A stretch of 38,269 nt of DNA. Source: a virus. Numbering within the stretch: position 1 is the stretch's first letter; every line of letters starts with the position of its first letter. Made by a program: the position numbers and the translations under genes. The notes beneath the pieces were generated by a model. The model ran no database searches. It had not been told where the DNA came from and saw only the letters and a program-made list of their open reading frames with translations. This document shows, in pieces, positions 9,194 to 23,300 of this stretch. The stretch lies in the IMG/VR virus record IMGVR_UViG_3300029705_000074. The stretch is one strand, 5' to 3'.

Positions 9194-11800
9194 TTATTTC
9201 ATTCTTGTCTAGCTTGTTAGACACTTATAATCAACGATAGCATGTTGTGCTTTCGGTAGGTTGATATATCTTACAAGACCATCCATTGGAGATAACGTGT
9301 ATCGTCCAGTAGGACCAAGTCGAACTGTTTGCGCAGTCTCCTTACTTGTACCAATCTCTAGCTCGGTATATGGGTCAGCCTCAATGGTGAAAGAGATAAT
9401 ATCAGAGAAGGTATAGTAGATTGTACCATCGGTCCAATTACCATCATCGTCTAGATAGAATCCATCCTTTACAAGATAAATATGCTCTACCATTTTACGA
9501 GTCTCTTCCTTGATAATCTCATACAGATTACGCGTTTTATAGAGGTTATAATTTGTACTATCTACAATTACGTAATAATACTCATTCGCTTTATCCCAAG
9601 CATAATCGGTTTCAAACTCTACCGCACTACCAAAACTTGGGTCGCTAAGCTTGGCGGGAGGATTCGTACCATACACACGATAAGGGGCTTGACCCTCGCG
9701 ATAGTCAAATATATATCGCTGCAAGATTGCTTTATCGTCAGTAAACACACCAGAAATCTATCCCCAGACATGAGACACGTCAATGGAAGCAACTTCTTTG
9801 GCTTCCTCATTACGGCCTCGAGTTAGAGAGACAGTGTAGTTAATAATAATTGGGTATGGCGCAGAAATAATCGACAGTGACTGAATACCACCCTCGACGG
9901 CATAATACCTATTTGGAGCTACGACAACTTCAGCACCATTGACTGATAGTCTCGCAAAGCCGCCAGCCGCAGACGTATTCAAAGCAGTCTGCAAGCCTTC
10001 ATAGTAATCAATCTGCTCCTATAATTCTTTCACCAGCTCTGTATCTCCAGCTTCCTCTGCCTCTTGTTTATTAGCTTCCAGCTCATATCGTTTACCGAGC
10101 ACATCCACTTCTGGATAACGCTCTACCCAGAAAGAATTGATTTGCTGCAGATTAAGCTGATACTTGCCATCACCAACGATAATTTCCTCTTGTTGTCGCA
10201 CAAGACTATAAATATCTTTGTCGGCTGGATAAGAAGAGGTATCACTAGCGTAAACACCTGCAATCTGACCAAAAGCATCATCAACTTCCACAGACTGCTC
10301 TTCCGTGAACTCACCAATGTGTATAATACCTACCTCATTTAAAGCCTCTAAGGTGTTTTCCATTACCTCATAGGCCGTGGCAGAAAAATCAAAAATCATG
10401 CGCCCCAAAGTTGCATTTGGCGTCATTGATACATTCAATAAGCCAATAACAATGTTTCCCTCAGTTGGAGACTTGTAAAGCTTATAATCAAAGTCGTTAA
10501 GAAACTCTTCTACCTTCTCGCGGAACTTTCTCTCGATAAAGACATTATCCTCTGTTAGATTAGTGTCAATATCAAAAGAGGTGATAACAACCTAAGAACC
10601 TCGTTCTCCTTCTGTTTTGAACTTGTCAAAAGGAACGATTAACTCATCTTTGAAATAACAACCGCCTACACTGGTAGAGAAGAATGTATCGTCTTTATCC
10701 ATCTGATAACTGATAGTACCAGAGATAGGGAATTCCGCATAATGAGCGTGTCCATTCTTGACCAAATGTGGATACCGATCGCCCAGAGTATCCTGTTTAC
10801 TAGCCAAGACGGTATGCTTAAAAGTATTTACCTTTTGATTGAGAGATAGCTTAAGTTGAATACCATCTCGATAGATGTATGAATACTCAAAATCTACGCT
10901 TACTGGCTGATTATATTCTATCATTGTACTGCGTAAACCTTGAGAGTTCTGATACTGGAATCCATACTTATAGCGTACTCCGCTCTCGATTGTAAAATCG
11001 AAATACAAAGGTTTATCTTCTGTATAACTACCCTCAAATAGATTAAAATACTTAATATCCTCATATACACCATAGTTACTTTTCTCGGAAGTTCTTGTTA
11101 ACACATAACAACCGGTCAAAGCCATTGGAGTATTAGTCATTGGATATAGACACACCTTAATGCAACCATTATCTCGGCAATAGATATCCTAATTACCTTT
11201 AACTACCATACCAACATTCTCGATGGCTTCCAAATAAGTTTTCTTTACCTGGAATGAATATTCCTTATAGGCTTCATATCCATTGATAGTTACAATGGTA
11301 AAGCGCACCTTATAGTTTGCATTATTGGTCAGAATAGTCTTAAATCTGTAAGAAATACTCTGATTAACCGCGGCAATCCAGTCTGAGGTCTCTATAAAGC
11401 TATCTTCCTCGTCATATAAGTCAAACTTATATTTGTCGAGAATCTCATTAGAATTCCCGCTTATAGAGTAAACACCCGTAAATAAAGGTGTTAACGAGTT
11501 TTCAACATTCGTGGTATTTACAGTATCAGGTTTTGATACTCCTGCGTTAGCTATCTCAACAACCGGAGAATCAATAGCCTTGATTACCATAACAGTAGAC
11601 CACTCAGAGAAAGTTCCTTCTTCAGTTTGCTTCTTTTTCCAGTCTGCGAAATTAATGGGTTGACCCCTTACAATTTCGTATCTTTCTGTAGTACCGAAAC
11701 GAACCTAAATTTTGTAACAACGACCAGGGGTCCAATCTTCCCTTAAGTCGTCTCTTGTAATCTCAGTATAGTATAGGCCTTCTCTGCCGCCATCCTTCAT
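9194..11800 (-). CDS. large virion structural protein, 868 aa, 6 in-frame TAG (9209, 9758, 10019, 10592, 11189, 11705)
   Basis: Five track ORFs (9209-11590) are co-frame with TAG-only separators. The frame is open upstream to ATG 11798-11800, which overlaps the TGA of the preceding small gene (ATGA). TAA stop at 9194-9196. Confidence 0.55.
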
Positions 11801-12018
11801 GGCATCACTAGCATTCTTGTAAATAATACCATCTGGATATATAGCAGTTTTAACAATGCTCGAATTAGATAGCTAATCCACCACTCTAATCTGCACATGC
11901 CCGATACTATTTCTACCAGTCATACTTTGTAGAGTGTAAAAAACAGAATAGTTCTTGCTACTAGCCAAGAAAGCTGGCTATGTACTCGCCAAAGTAGGCG
12001 GATAAATACTAATTGGCA
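11797..12018 (-). CDS. small hypothetical protein, 73 aa, 1 in-frame TAG
   Basis: ATG 12016-12018 with AAGGAGG 9 nt upstream. Ends at TGA 11797-11799, overlapping the start of the next gene. Confidence 0.35.
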
Positions 12019-12115
12019 TATATCTTGCGCCTCCTTTTTCTCAATGTTCCTACTAAACCTAAAAATTCAATAAGACAAATAAATTGCTTTCGCCCATAAA
12101 TAGAGAAAGCGAGGG

Positions 12116-12529
12116 TTAATTACCCTCGCCATCCTCCACCATAAAGTATAGAACATTCATTACACTTAATGGAATATCATATCCCGTCAACTTATCAAGA
12201 GCAAAAGTAACGAGAGGCATACTCGTAGTTACCGCCAGCAAGTCTTCCAATTCTTGATTAACGGCTTGTTGCTTCTCCTTGGGAATGTCATAATATGCAG
12301 TGCCATTCTCGTCATCCATGGCAGCTGTACCATATCGCTCAAGAATATTCAAACGTTCTTTATAAATATCCTCAGCAATAGGTTGAAGTGTCTTGAAGTT
12401 TCGCACAACTGCAAAAGATACAACCGCGGGAAGGGGCATTGAATCTTGCATAAGCGTGCTTAAACCCTCGATATTTTCTAGAACTTTCTTGTTTGTTAGT
12501 TTCATAGAATTAACTCCTTTTTCTCTCAT
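12116..12529 (-). CDS. hypothetical protein, 137 aa (chaperone-sized, acidic C-terminus)
   Basis: ATG 12527-12529 overlaps the TGA of the upstream gene (ATGA). An alternative internal ATG 12505 has AAAAGGAG upstream. TAA stop at 12116. Confidence 0.55.
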   Translation of the reverse strand: MREKGVNSMKLTNKKVLENIEGLSTLMQDSMPLPAVVSFAVVRNFKTLQPIAEDIYKERLNILERYGTAAMDDENGTAYYDIPKEKQQAVNQELEDLLAVTTSMPLVTFALDKLTGYDIPLSVMNVLYFMVEDGEGN

Positions 12530-13278
12530 GGCGAAACTGCGTCTGCCAACGCCTCAAATAAAGCTGCGCTAATCAAAGTGCTATTCGCTGTGACACTCGC
12601 AGTCCCGCAAACACTTGCCATACTATTATAAATAGCGGCAGTTATCCAATCACCTGGCGACACCTTAAGGTAGTTATAAGAACTATACTAACTTGATTGA
12701 TTGCGCCAGCTTTTATATTTACCAACCTAATCAGCAAGCCTATTCCAGTTAGCGGCTGTGGCATAGTCCGCTATATATTTACCAGGAGAACATCCAAAAG
12801 ACCAAGCGGTTGGTTGTGTATATACGGTTACACTATCGGAAGCGGAACCTAGATTTACTGTGGTTGTAGTCGTGGTTGGTCCAGTAGTCGTGGTGGTTTC
12901 TTTATCTTCATAAATTGGATTACCATTTTCATCCTTGCCAGTTTCTACTTTTTCAGTGGTAGTGCTCCAAGACTTCTTAGTCGTGGTTTTAGTACACTTT
13001 ACACTCAGTGTACCCCGAACGGTATTGCTGGTTCCCGCAGACAAGCCAGTAAAAGTATGAGTAGGTTCTTTGCTACTCGCAGAACCGCCATCGCTGAAGC
13101 TCCAGGTCCATATTGTATTACTGTATGAAATCGTGGTTTCAGAACCATTTTTGCTATCTCCGGTGGTTGTAGTACCAGCATCACTGGGATAAGGCCAGTC
13201 CCAAGCGCTACAACTAATTGTAGCGCTTGTCTGCTTGACACTTGAATAAGAAGGCTGATTTAATGATACAGAACCCAT
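12526..13278 (-). CDS. Ser/Thr-rich structural protein with a poly-Thr tract, 250 aa, 2 in-frame TAG (12727, 12688)
   Basis: ATG 13278 with AAGGAGGAG upstream. The track ORF ends at TAG 12727. The frame continues to TGA 12526-12528. Contains TTTTGPTTTTTTV low-complexity linker. Confidence 0.55.
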
Positions 13279-13290
13279 TTAATCTCCTCC

Positions 13291-16200
13291 TTAGGCAAAT
13301 TGAGCGTAGATACCGGTCTGACGCTCTTTTGGAATAGTGCAACGAAGATCTCCGTTTCCAGAACCAAGCGCCCATCCATCGCCTAAGACTATTGCTCCAA
13401 GTGCTTTTATAGCCACGTTTCGAGACGAGTCTATAATGATACTCTTCTTTCGATCGGTAGTTTGCAGTCCCAAGTTATTGGTTGTCTACTGACCATCAGA
13501 ACCGTTAATCATACCAACCGTACCGATAGAGTCGTTGGCTCTCACTGTTGCTCCAATAATATTCCCATTATCATCATATTGATAGGTGATGGTAGTAGTC
13601 TCAATCTCAAGCTCACTCATAGTAGCATGACCATTAGAATATAGTGAGATATAATCGGAGAACAGACCATTCGAAGTGATTGCCCAACCACCAATACTAC
13701 CGCTGTTACAGGTAAGTGTAGTAGCGTTGATTGTACCACTAATGCTAGCATTTGATGCTACAATTCTACCACTAGAGTATAGATAGGTATTGCCAGCATA
13801 CAGAGAAGAGCTAGTAATTGTCCAACCACCAATCTTACCGCTATCTGCTGTAACCTTACCATCAATGTCAGCGTTCTTACAATATAGCTTACCATCACTC
13901 TTAACGTAGAAGTAAGAAGAACCGCTAAATGTTGGTGTATTACCAGGAGTGCCGCTATCCGCGCCAGACCAGAAGGTAAACGCGCCAGCGCTTGCCATAC
14001 CAATCTTATTGGTAGCATTTGAGAAGGAGGTTTTCTTAAGTGTCCAACCACCAATATTACCTTCCTTGGCATACAAGGCGCCCTTCTTCGATACTGCAAA
14101 ATAGCTACTTGCCGCACTTGCGCTACTGGCATTACCAGCCCAAATGGCATAAGTCTCGTTGGGGTCGCTATTTAACTCTACTCTTGTTGAACCGCTACCG
14201 CTATACAAACGGTTTTTCTCGATAACCCAACCATCGGTACTACTCTTACTTGAGCAACCTATTCTACCCGTGGTAGCATAGATTGTACCCTCAATCTCTG
14301 CGTCAATGGCACTCATTACACCAGCATAGGTAACGGAGAACTTACCTCCACCCACCTTTATAGCATAAGTAGTTTTATTGGGGTTAAGGTCAGCAAGAGT
14401 AATAGTCATGCCGACTTCACTATCACCACCGCCACCGCCGCTCAATTGTGCGGAAGTGCCGTCGATAAGAATCTAACCGCCACCGCTCTTCGCACCGAAG
14501 AACGCCTTACCATCTTGCATCAATCCAAAGGTATTGACACCAGCTTGGTAGCCGTAAAGACCAATCTTATCTTGTCCACTATCCTTGCCCATGACAACAC
14601 CAGTGAAACGATTAGCGCTATCCTTCGCACCCGCACCAACTTGTGGAGCGAAGATATAGTTCTCATTCTCATCAAGCTTTAATGCCGTACCATCCCATCC
14701 ATTGATTGCCTCATTACCGTAGGTATCGAGATACATAACAATAGGATGAATGAGCTTGGCATCAGAGTTTGGAATATTGAAAGATAGCACACCAATATTA
14801 CTCTCGCTGTTTTCTTTCACATTTTCGAAAATAAAGGTTGGTGCAGCTTCCAAATATTTCTTGCTATCTCGCTCAACAATAGTCAAAAGATTGGTGTTGA
14901 GTGATTGAATGTTGTTATTGTACGCTACATCTTTATAGTAGAAGTTAATATCATTGCTGTAATAAGAGGGCGTGAGGCCAGAAGAAGTGTACTTGATATA
15001 AGAAGGCACATCATCTATGTTAATGTCGGAAGCAACCGCATCTCCGACTATCACATCAATAGGATAAGAAGCATAGGTCACAATCTTGTCATCATTGGCA
15101 TCGGTGACAGTAACCTGCACCTTAACATAGAAAGCTAATTCTTTGCTTGTGGTATCCGCGGAAATGGTAGGTATACCGCGCGCTACAACTTGATTAGAAG
15201 TAGTGTCCAGTAAGAGTTTATTCTCCACTGTAACATTACTGCTTTCCCACTTATACTTAAAATTATAGCGGTCATCAAGTTCACCGTTAATCAGCTCACC
15301 ATCTTTATAGACATAACAATGCAATCGTAAATAATTTTTCCAGCCTGTGTTATAGCGCAGAGGGTTAAGGCCACTTAGTTTGTTACCATCGGAATCGCAT
15401 GGACGAATCGTGGTGATATAAGTAGTACCGTTAGTGCCCTGGTCGCCATCTTTCAAGAAAAGAATTTCTTTATTATAAGAATATTCATCTCCAGTAATAG
15501 TGGTAATACGCATTATAACACTATTGTTATTGTAATTAACTTTATACTTCTATTTAATATTATAGTGTAAACATTCTTGTGTGTCAACCCAAAGGCCGGC
15601 CATCATGGAATTATCAGGATTATGAGCTTGATCTTTTGTTTTTGGCAACTCGACTTCGTTTCTATCCTCATCAAGCACCCACCATGTAACCTTAAAAGCA
15701 GATGCGTAGCCATTCTTCCACTCTACTTTAGCCTACAAGGTTCGCTCTTTTTCAGAGTCCTCGATGGTAATATCGCCATTAGCATCATATCTAAAGGTGT
15801 CTTCGCCGACATATGTTACGGTTAAGTCCTCCGCGTTTTCACTGCTCGTGATGGTATGTTCGATAGTACCTAAATAGTCACCCGCTTGATTATAAACCTC
15901 GCAGTAAAACACCACAGAACTATAAATCAAATAGTCACCTACAAGAATAGCGTTCTAATTTTTTCCTTGCTGCACAGAGCTGTAACTACCGTCAGGATAA
16001 GACAAATACCAATTTCCTACCAAGGACTCATCGGTATTTCTTTCTTTAAGCTACAGCTTAATGTCCGCACCCTCAGTAATCTGGGCAATATAATAATCAT
16101 ACTTGCTATTGAGATTTTTGACCTCGATCTCTGCGGTAAGAGTTGTTTCTTCGTTATAGACAACAATCAACTTATATCGCTGTGAGTGGGTGTGTGCGTA

Positions 16201-17319
16201 ATCAGAAGAAGATAGATTTAAGGTGCTATCAGTTGCTCCATCAATAGGCTACCAACCGAAACCTGCGGCCTTACTATATTCCTCGCTGCCAACCATCACG
16301 CTCAAATCTCTCTCATACCATTGGCAAGTCACTTTACCTTTGTTGATAATATCCTCACCCTTGTAAATCAATCGACCTACCAGAGAAAGCTTATCAACCT
16401 TGTTTGTAAACGCCATACCCCTGGGCGCCGCAATCGTCAAGTAATATGTCACATCGCTAAGGTCTAATTTGTCCACATATTGAAGAACGATGTCCTTTAC
16501 AAAGATGTTAGCTACATCTGTAATCTCTTTATCTGGAGTTCCATTGTAACCAATAATCTTATCATAGACGAAGTTTTCTTGAAACAACTTAATAGATTTA
16601 AGTCCTACTAAATAGTTCTTTTGCGCTTTAATCACGATTTCTTGCGGTGTGTAGACAGAGAAACCGTACGGGTTACCATTAAAGTTAGAGCATTGTAACT
16701 TGTAAGATACGCTACTATCATCATTGGTATAAAACTCCACCTCGATACCATAGTTACCTTTAATATGCGTGCTGTGGAACTGCGTTAAGAACGATGCCTT
16801 AAGACGAATATACTCGTACTGAGAAGAATACTGATGAAACATTCCATGGTAACCATCGGGCTGATACGTATCATTGTTCTTGAAAATAGACACCCAACCC
16901 TTGTTCTCCAGATCGGAAGGCGCGCCCGCAATCACACCATAAGAACTTAATCTATCATAAGCGCCACCATAAAGCTCGTCAAAGTAAGGTGAAATCTCGA
17001 TGATAGAGTTAGATAACTGCATTAGCTGAGCTTCATTAAGCGAGGTTGAAGTCACTCTAGAGGTAATAATCTTCTTGTTCGACATATCACCCTCTGGAAT
17101 CTTCACATAGACAGCCTCGCCTACTTTATATGTCTAGGAAGTATCTTCCGCATAAGCCAAAACATGAGCGCCATTCAGGGTGACTCGATATTCTCCAGTA
17201 TCAATATTCTCAATACTATATATCTTGCCTTGCTTGGTTTTGTCATATTCAAGCTTTGAAATCTTTTCATCTACAACAATCTCTACCGCTTGTAGGACTT
17301 GTTCAGATATATTGTTCAT
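13291..17319 (-). CDS. tail fibre/tail spike protein, 1342 aa, 8 in-frame TAG
   Basis: Track ORFs 17134-17319, 16249-17106, 15733-15930, 14473-15513, 13486-14445 and 13291-13473 are all one frame. Every separator is TAG. Gaps were hand-translated with no TAA/TGA. ATG 17319 has a GGAGA SD. TAA at 13291 lies inside the SD of the next gene. The C-terminal region has 4 repeats of xGGWxI...LYS motifs. Confidence 0.7.
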
Positions 17320-17370
17320 GTCTTGTCTCCTTTCTCTCCTTGAAGGAGGAGGAAGGGGTTATCCCCTTCC

Positions 17371-20300
17371 TCATTCGCGTCTCCTTCTAATGTATTGGGA
17401 AGCATCATTACTAAGGTTGCTAAGAGCTTCCGCAATCTCGTTACGGTCAGTTGCATTGGGGAAGACCGCTTCGATGTGTACCTCTTGTTGCAGGGTATCA
17501 CCAATAGGTTGAATACTACCGGCACCGCCGATACGCTCTTTCATAAGTCCCATACCTGCGGCCACAGAGCTATCGAGCGCTCTTTCGATTGCTGCAAAGA
17601 ATTCTGGACCTAGCATACGCACCGCATTAACGGCCGCAAGAATATTATTAGTATCCTCTTGGTTGAGCACAAGCTCCTTCTCGTGGAGGAAAGCAAGTCT
17701 TGCACTATCGAACTCTCCGGTATAACCACCAGTGGCGAAGCCGGCCTCACGTACTAGTCGATCAACCGTATCTTTCCACGCGGTACCGTTGTGATGATAA
17801 TTCCAGTTATCTTGTGCCAAAGCATCATTCAAAATGCCTTGTGCGACGGAATACATACCAGGATACATACTCTCAACCTGCTGTCTACGCACAGGGTTAT
17901 TGTCATAAAGGCCAAGACCCATATCGTAAACCAGCTAAGACATCTGAGTAGCGCTCATGGCACCACCAGTACCAACACCCGTAGGCTCAGTTTGAGGGGT
18001 ATCCGGCGTATCTGGGGTTGTAATCTCTGGTACTTCCGGTGTGTTATCTTCAACATAAGATTGCTCTACCTGTGCGGCCTGTTCCGCAGCAAGCTGTGCC
18101 ATTGCCTGCGCAACAGCAAGATACTGCTCTGCCAGTAGGCTCAATTCCGCAGACAATGCAGCTGCCGCATCAACCTGACCCCACAAAGCCACAGCAGCTT
18201 CCTCGCCACGACTACGCAATTCGTCAGTGGCATCAGAAACTATGTCTGTTTCATCAGCAAGATCGCCCAGAGTGGTACCAGTTTCTCTTGCTACATCTTC
18301 AACCTTATCTTGATAGCTCTGGAAATTACCCTCACATTGCTCTAACAGGCCTCTTAAATCTGTCTCAAAGGTTTCGGTGTTTCCAGTCATGAGTTCTAGG
18401 TCTTCAGCATACTTATTTTCGAATAGATCAATCAGTTCTGTATTGCTTGCTACAATATCCTTAATTGCCTCGTTATTGCCGGATAAAATATCAATAATGC
18501 TTCCGCCACTATCTTCCACAATTTGCTGAATTTCCTCAGATGTTAAACCTGTCAAATCTGTGATAGTATCGCCCATTAAGATGGCGTTGGTGAGCAGAGA
18601 CTCATTGCCAGCTTCTGTCATATCAGACACCGCGACCTGCTTTTCTTCCTCAAGAGATTTAATCTTGTCGGTATAATAAGCATAAATCTCGGCAGCCCTA
18701 TCGGCACGCTCTTGGTCTGTTAGCGTCATATCATTATAGATTTCAGCAACAGCATCAGAACATTCTTGCCACAGGCCAACAATCTCACCAGTAACATTGG
18801 TCACTTGCTCTTTGGCAATATTATACCACTCGTTCTGAGCAGTAATTAGATCTTGCTCTGCCTATTCTACCTAGCCCGGGTCAGCGGTATACTGGTAATT
18901 CCAGTTACCTTGACGGTCACGAACAAGTTGGAGATTATTCTTGGCATTTTGAGCATCTTCAAGAGCGATTTGCGCTTGCATAACCTGGTACTTAGCTTCA
19001 AGAATCTCAAGGTCATACTTGGATAACTTGCCACCCTCACGACGCAAATCAATCTCTTCTTGTAGAGTCTTAAGGCGCTCTCTGGTAGAAGCGCTTGTCG
19101 CTTCGTCGATATCTTTCTGAAGCTTATTATACCAAGAGGTAACCTAATAAGCTTCATTTACCTTATCGAGATAACGCTGCTCTGCTTCGATATAATGGTC
19201 ATATTTATCTTGCAATAAATCAAGACCTAAGCCATTAGAAGCCGCCTGTCCAAACTCATACACGGCACGTTCAATCTGTTCAAGATACATCTCTTGTGCA
19301 GTCTCCATCGCTTCTTGAGCAAGAGAAAGATAGGCTTCTTGAGCCTCGTTGAATTCCTCAAGATATGCGTCACGAGCCTTTAACAAACGATCATGCTCAT
19401 TTGTTCCCTCTTGACCACCTGCGGCGAGATAGGCATCTAGTTCTGCCTGAGCTTGCGCTAGGCGCTGTCTGGCTTCATCTGCCCATTTCTTATTCAAGAC
19501 TGCATTTGCGGTCTGGGCTTCTAGTCGCTCCCCAAGGTTACGCTATAAAGTTGCAAAACCGCTAGCAGTTTTATTCGTCACACCTTGCAATGCATAAAGT
19601 TCCTTAATGGTCTCTAGCACAGAGGTATTGTGATCAAGCTAATCAGTAAACTTGGCAAACCGATCGGCGGCCGCATTTACGGCCTCTGGAATAATTTCCT
19701 CGATGGTATCAGCCCACTCGACAATGGCTGCGGCAGAATCAAGAATCTGGCCCTGGAGCTCTTGAATGTCTTCCATAACAGCCTCTTCGTCTGCGTATGG
19801 GTCAGACAACATTTCTTGCAGGCCCTGCCACTTCTCGACATAATCGCCAAACATATTGGCTTCTCGACCGGCCAAATCGGCACTCAGTTTCTCATACATC
19901 TTAAAGTGGGACAGATAGTCACCCTATGTTTCATAAAACTCTTTCCAGAATTCGTCAATGGAATCCTTCATGCTCTTTACATCAAGCACAATTTCGAGTT
20001 TATAGTCGATTTCTTGCAGCTTAAGATCAGACAGCTCTCTTAAACCATCAAGAAGAATTTGTTGCTGCTCGTTAACAATATCCAATGTATCTTCATATTG
20101 AGATACAAAGTCCTGCCATTGAGTCCAACGCTCTTCTGCCGCTTCGAAAACTGCTTGCTGAGCTTCAAGCTCATCTGCGGCCGCCTCTTGCTTAGTGGCA
20201 CTCATTGCATTATATGTCTCAATATAGGCATTATATGCATTTAGGCTAGCTTCATAATAAGCAAGTTCATTGGCCTACAATCTATCAAAGTTGGCAATCT

Positions 20301-23300
20301 CGCCATCCTCATCAAAGATAGCTACATCATTACCACCAGCGCTTAAGAAATCCTAAAGAGCTTTTTGGTCTTCCTTTAGCCATTCATTGGCTTCTTCTAG
20401 CTTGATATTTTGATTTGCAAGCTAGGTGTTTAGCTCTTGCTCACGCTTAGTAAATAGCACAAGTTTATTGGAACCATAGGCCCTATCGATCTATGTACCA
20501 ACTTCCTCGAGCTCTCGTTCCTGAGCCTCAATAACACGATTGATGCGATGGTAACGTTCTGGCTCTGCGTTACCTTCTTCTTTATCTATCTGCTTAGGCT
20601 TAGAAGAACCTCCACCACCGGGAGAGCCGCCACCCGCATTTTTCTTAGAGTAATTATTATAGTTACCAGTAGCCTTCTTGGTAATTCCATCAATAACAGG
20701 AGTTTTACCATTAGTGGTCATGGCAATAGCGTCTACATAACCCTCTGCTTCATAATATCCATCTTGATAAGTGCGAGTACGGGTACGAATAACCGTATTA
20801 CCATTATCATCCTCGTATGTACCGGCATCAATAGTTTCAGTTACATACTCAGGAACTCTCTGCTTTGTGAGCACAGGCTCTGTTTTGAAATTCGCCTCAA
20901 AGCCCATTGCATCAAACAAAGCATTGACTTGGTCAACGGTCATTCCAGCATCTGCTATCAACTGTTGAGCCTTGGTGAGGAATTCTCCATCATCTAGAGA
21001 AACACCAACATCGATATCTGGAATTAAGGCCACAAGATTTTGATAATCTGCTAAGATTGTAGCCGTTTCATCTTCGCTTAAGCCATTCTCAACAACGATT
21101 CTAGCAATGATGTCATTGCCCAGCTTACTCTTTAAGTTATCAATTGCAGTTGCACTACCCGTAGCAGCTTGCTCAATAAGATCAAGATTCTGACTAATAA
21201 AATCATTAGACACGTAATCTTCACTAACATCAAGCAAGTTAGCAACAGCAGTACGGCAATCTTGCATCGCTTCCGCAAATTCTTCACTATCTTCAGACGA
21301 GTTCTGAATAATATCAGACCAGTCTTCGAAGTTGTTGGACAAGTCCTCAATGGCATCATTCATTTTCATGATACCCTTGGCCACGATGCGAGCTTCGTTA
21401 TCGCTCATTTCATCGTTAAGACCTTCCATTTCATCAGCAGAAGTTCTTAGATAGTCCGCAAAATCTTCCCATTCTTCTGGGTCAAGCATCTCAGTATCAG
21501 ATGCTCTATCAAGATTAACAGCAGCCTATGTATAAGCCTCAGTAGAGATGATACCATCATCAAGAGCTTGCTTCAAATCGTCTAGGTTATCATAAGAACT
21601 TGCAATAGCAAGATTCCATGCTCGAGCTTCTGCCTCATTCGCAGCGATAGTGTCACTCAGTCCATTAAAGGCTCCGCTACATTCGCCAACCATTTGGGCA
21701 ATTTCATCAAGACCATCGTCGAAAGAGCCAGCCGCCAAATCTTGATACCACTCATCCAACTTCATCTTGGTTTCATCTGTCTGGTCTCCCAGTAAACGAA
21801 TTATATCAAGCTGTTGTTGAACAGTGGTGTGGTCATACTTCCAATCACCATTTTCATCTTGGTAATTAGCTTGCTTAGTTAGATTATTGAAATCATAACC
21901 TTGCAGATTACGATACTCCTGGTTTCGAGCTTCCAGGGTATTCATACTTTTAGTGGCTTCATCCAACAAGGCTTGCTGAGTAGCTTCCTTAAACTCGGCC
22001 GCGTTAGCGGTAAGTTTATAGGTGCCATCAAGCATCATGGTGAAGTATTGCTTAGCGCCTTCTCCAAGAGTATCATAATCCTCTTTAGAAATTGTATCAC
22101 CAGTGGCAATACCATCCATTACCTCGCGAATAGCCGCATACTTAGTTTGGAAACTCTCTAAACTACTTACTACTTCCTTAATGCCTTCTGCAAATTCCTC
22201 TAAAGAGCCTGCTTCATGGGCAGCGATAGCTTCATCAAGCTTGCCATAGGCAGAAGCAAGAGCAAAGATATCCGCAACATCTTGCATTTCAGAAAGTGTA
22301 AGATTACTTAAATCAGCATCCTCAAGAGCCTGCTATACAGAACGGGCATACTCTTTTCCGACATTATCCATGTCATCTCGAGTATTCTCAGCAGCATTGA
22401 CAACACCATCAACAAACTCGTTAACAAGTTCTTCTCCAACCTCATCAATACCAATACCTTCTTGAGCAGCAATAATAGCCTTAATTGCTTCTTCTCCACC
22501 GAACTGACTAATCACTTCATCAGCAGTGTCATAATCAGCAAGAGCATCTCTTAGGGAATTACTAAAATCACCCTGGGCAATATAATTGAGTGCGCCTTCA
22601 TCAAGGTCTTGCAATTGTGTCTTGGCACCCTGTGCGCTATCACCAATTTCGTCAAGGGCTTGAGCTGCTGCAATCATGGCAGCAATTTGCTCAGCATTAT
22701 ATACAACTTCTTGTCCTTGAGAATTTAGGAACACAAGACTGCGGTTATTATCGGTACCACGAACTGCATTATCAGTTTGAGCACTGACGTCGTAGCCGGC
22801 ATCCCGCAAAGCGCGTAAGGTCTCTTGATAAATGGAATTTCCAGAACTAGAGGCTTTGTTGATACCGCTACCAGTAAGCTTATCTTCCCATTCATCTGTC
22901 AATTCTTGAGTAAGCGCATCAATTTGACCAGTAACCATGGTTTGAACAGCTCTATCAAGAGTGGTTTGAGCCACGCCAAGAACCTGTTCAACTTGCATCT
23001 GAGTGATAAGATTAAACTTCTCACCCGCGGCGACCGCGCTATCGGCCATGCCCTGAATAGCAGTATACCATGTATCGATGGTATCTTCGGAATCAGAAAT
23101 TGAGAATCCAAGCTTTCTTAGAGCAGGCACCAACTCTTGTTTGGATAGCTTAGCCAACTCTTCATAATTAGCAAGGAGTATATCTCTATCGCCACTGTCG
23201 CTTGTTTCATCTCGATAGCTATATGCCTTACGGCCTAAGGCCATTGCATCAGCACGAAGCTGCATATCTGCGGCATACTTTTCTGCGGCAGATGCTGCAT

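Noticed and set aside
11873-12010. Cluster of 7 TAG triplets within 45 codons in one minus-strand frame
   Set aside because: The better-supported gene in this interval (ATG 12018 with AAGGAGG, ending in ATGA overlap at 11797) uses a different frame. The TAG cluster is off-frame.
18867-19157. 96-aa minus-strand ORF 18867-19157 and other short alternate-frame ORFs inside the tape measure region
   Set aside because: Different frame from the continuous, SD-initiated tape-measure reading frame. Spurious overlaps.
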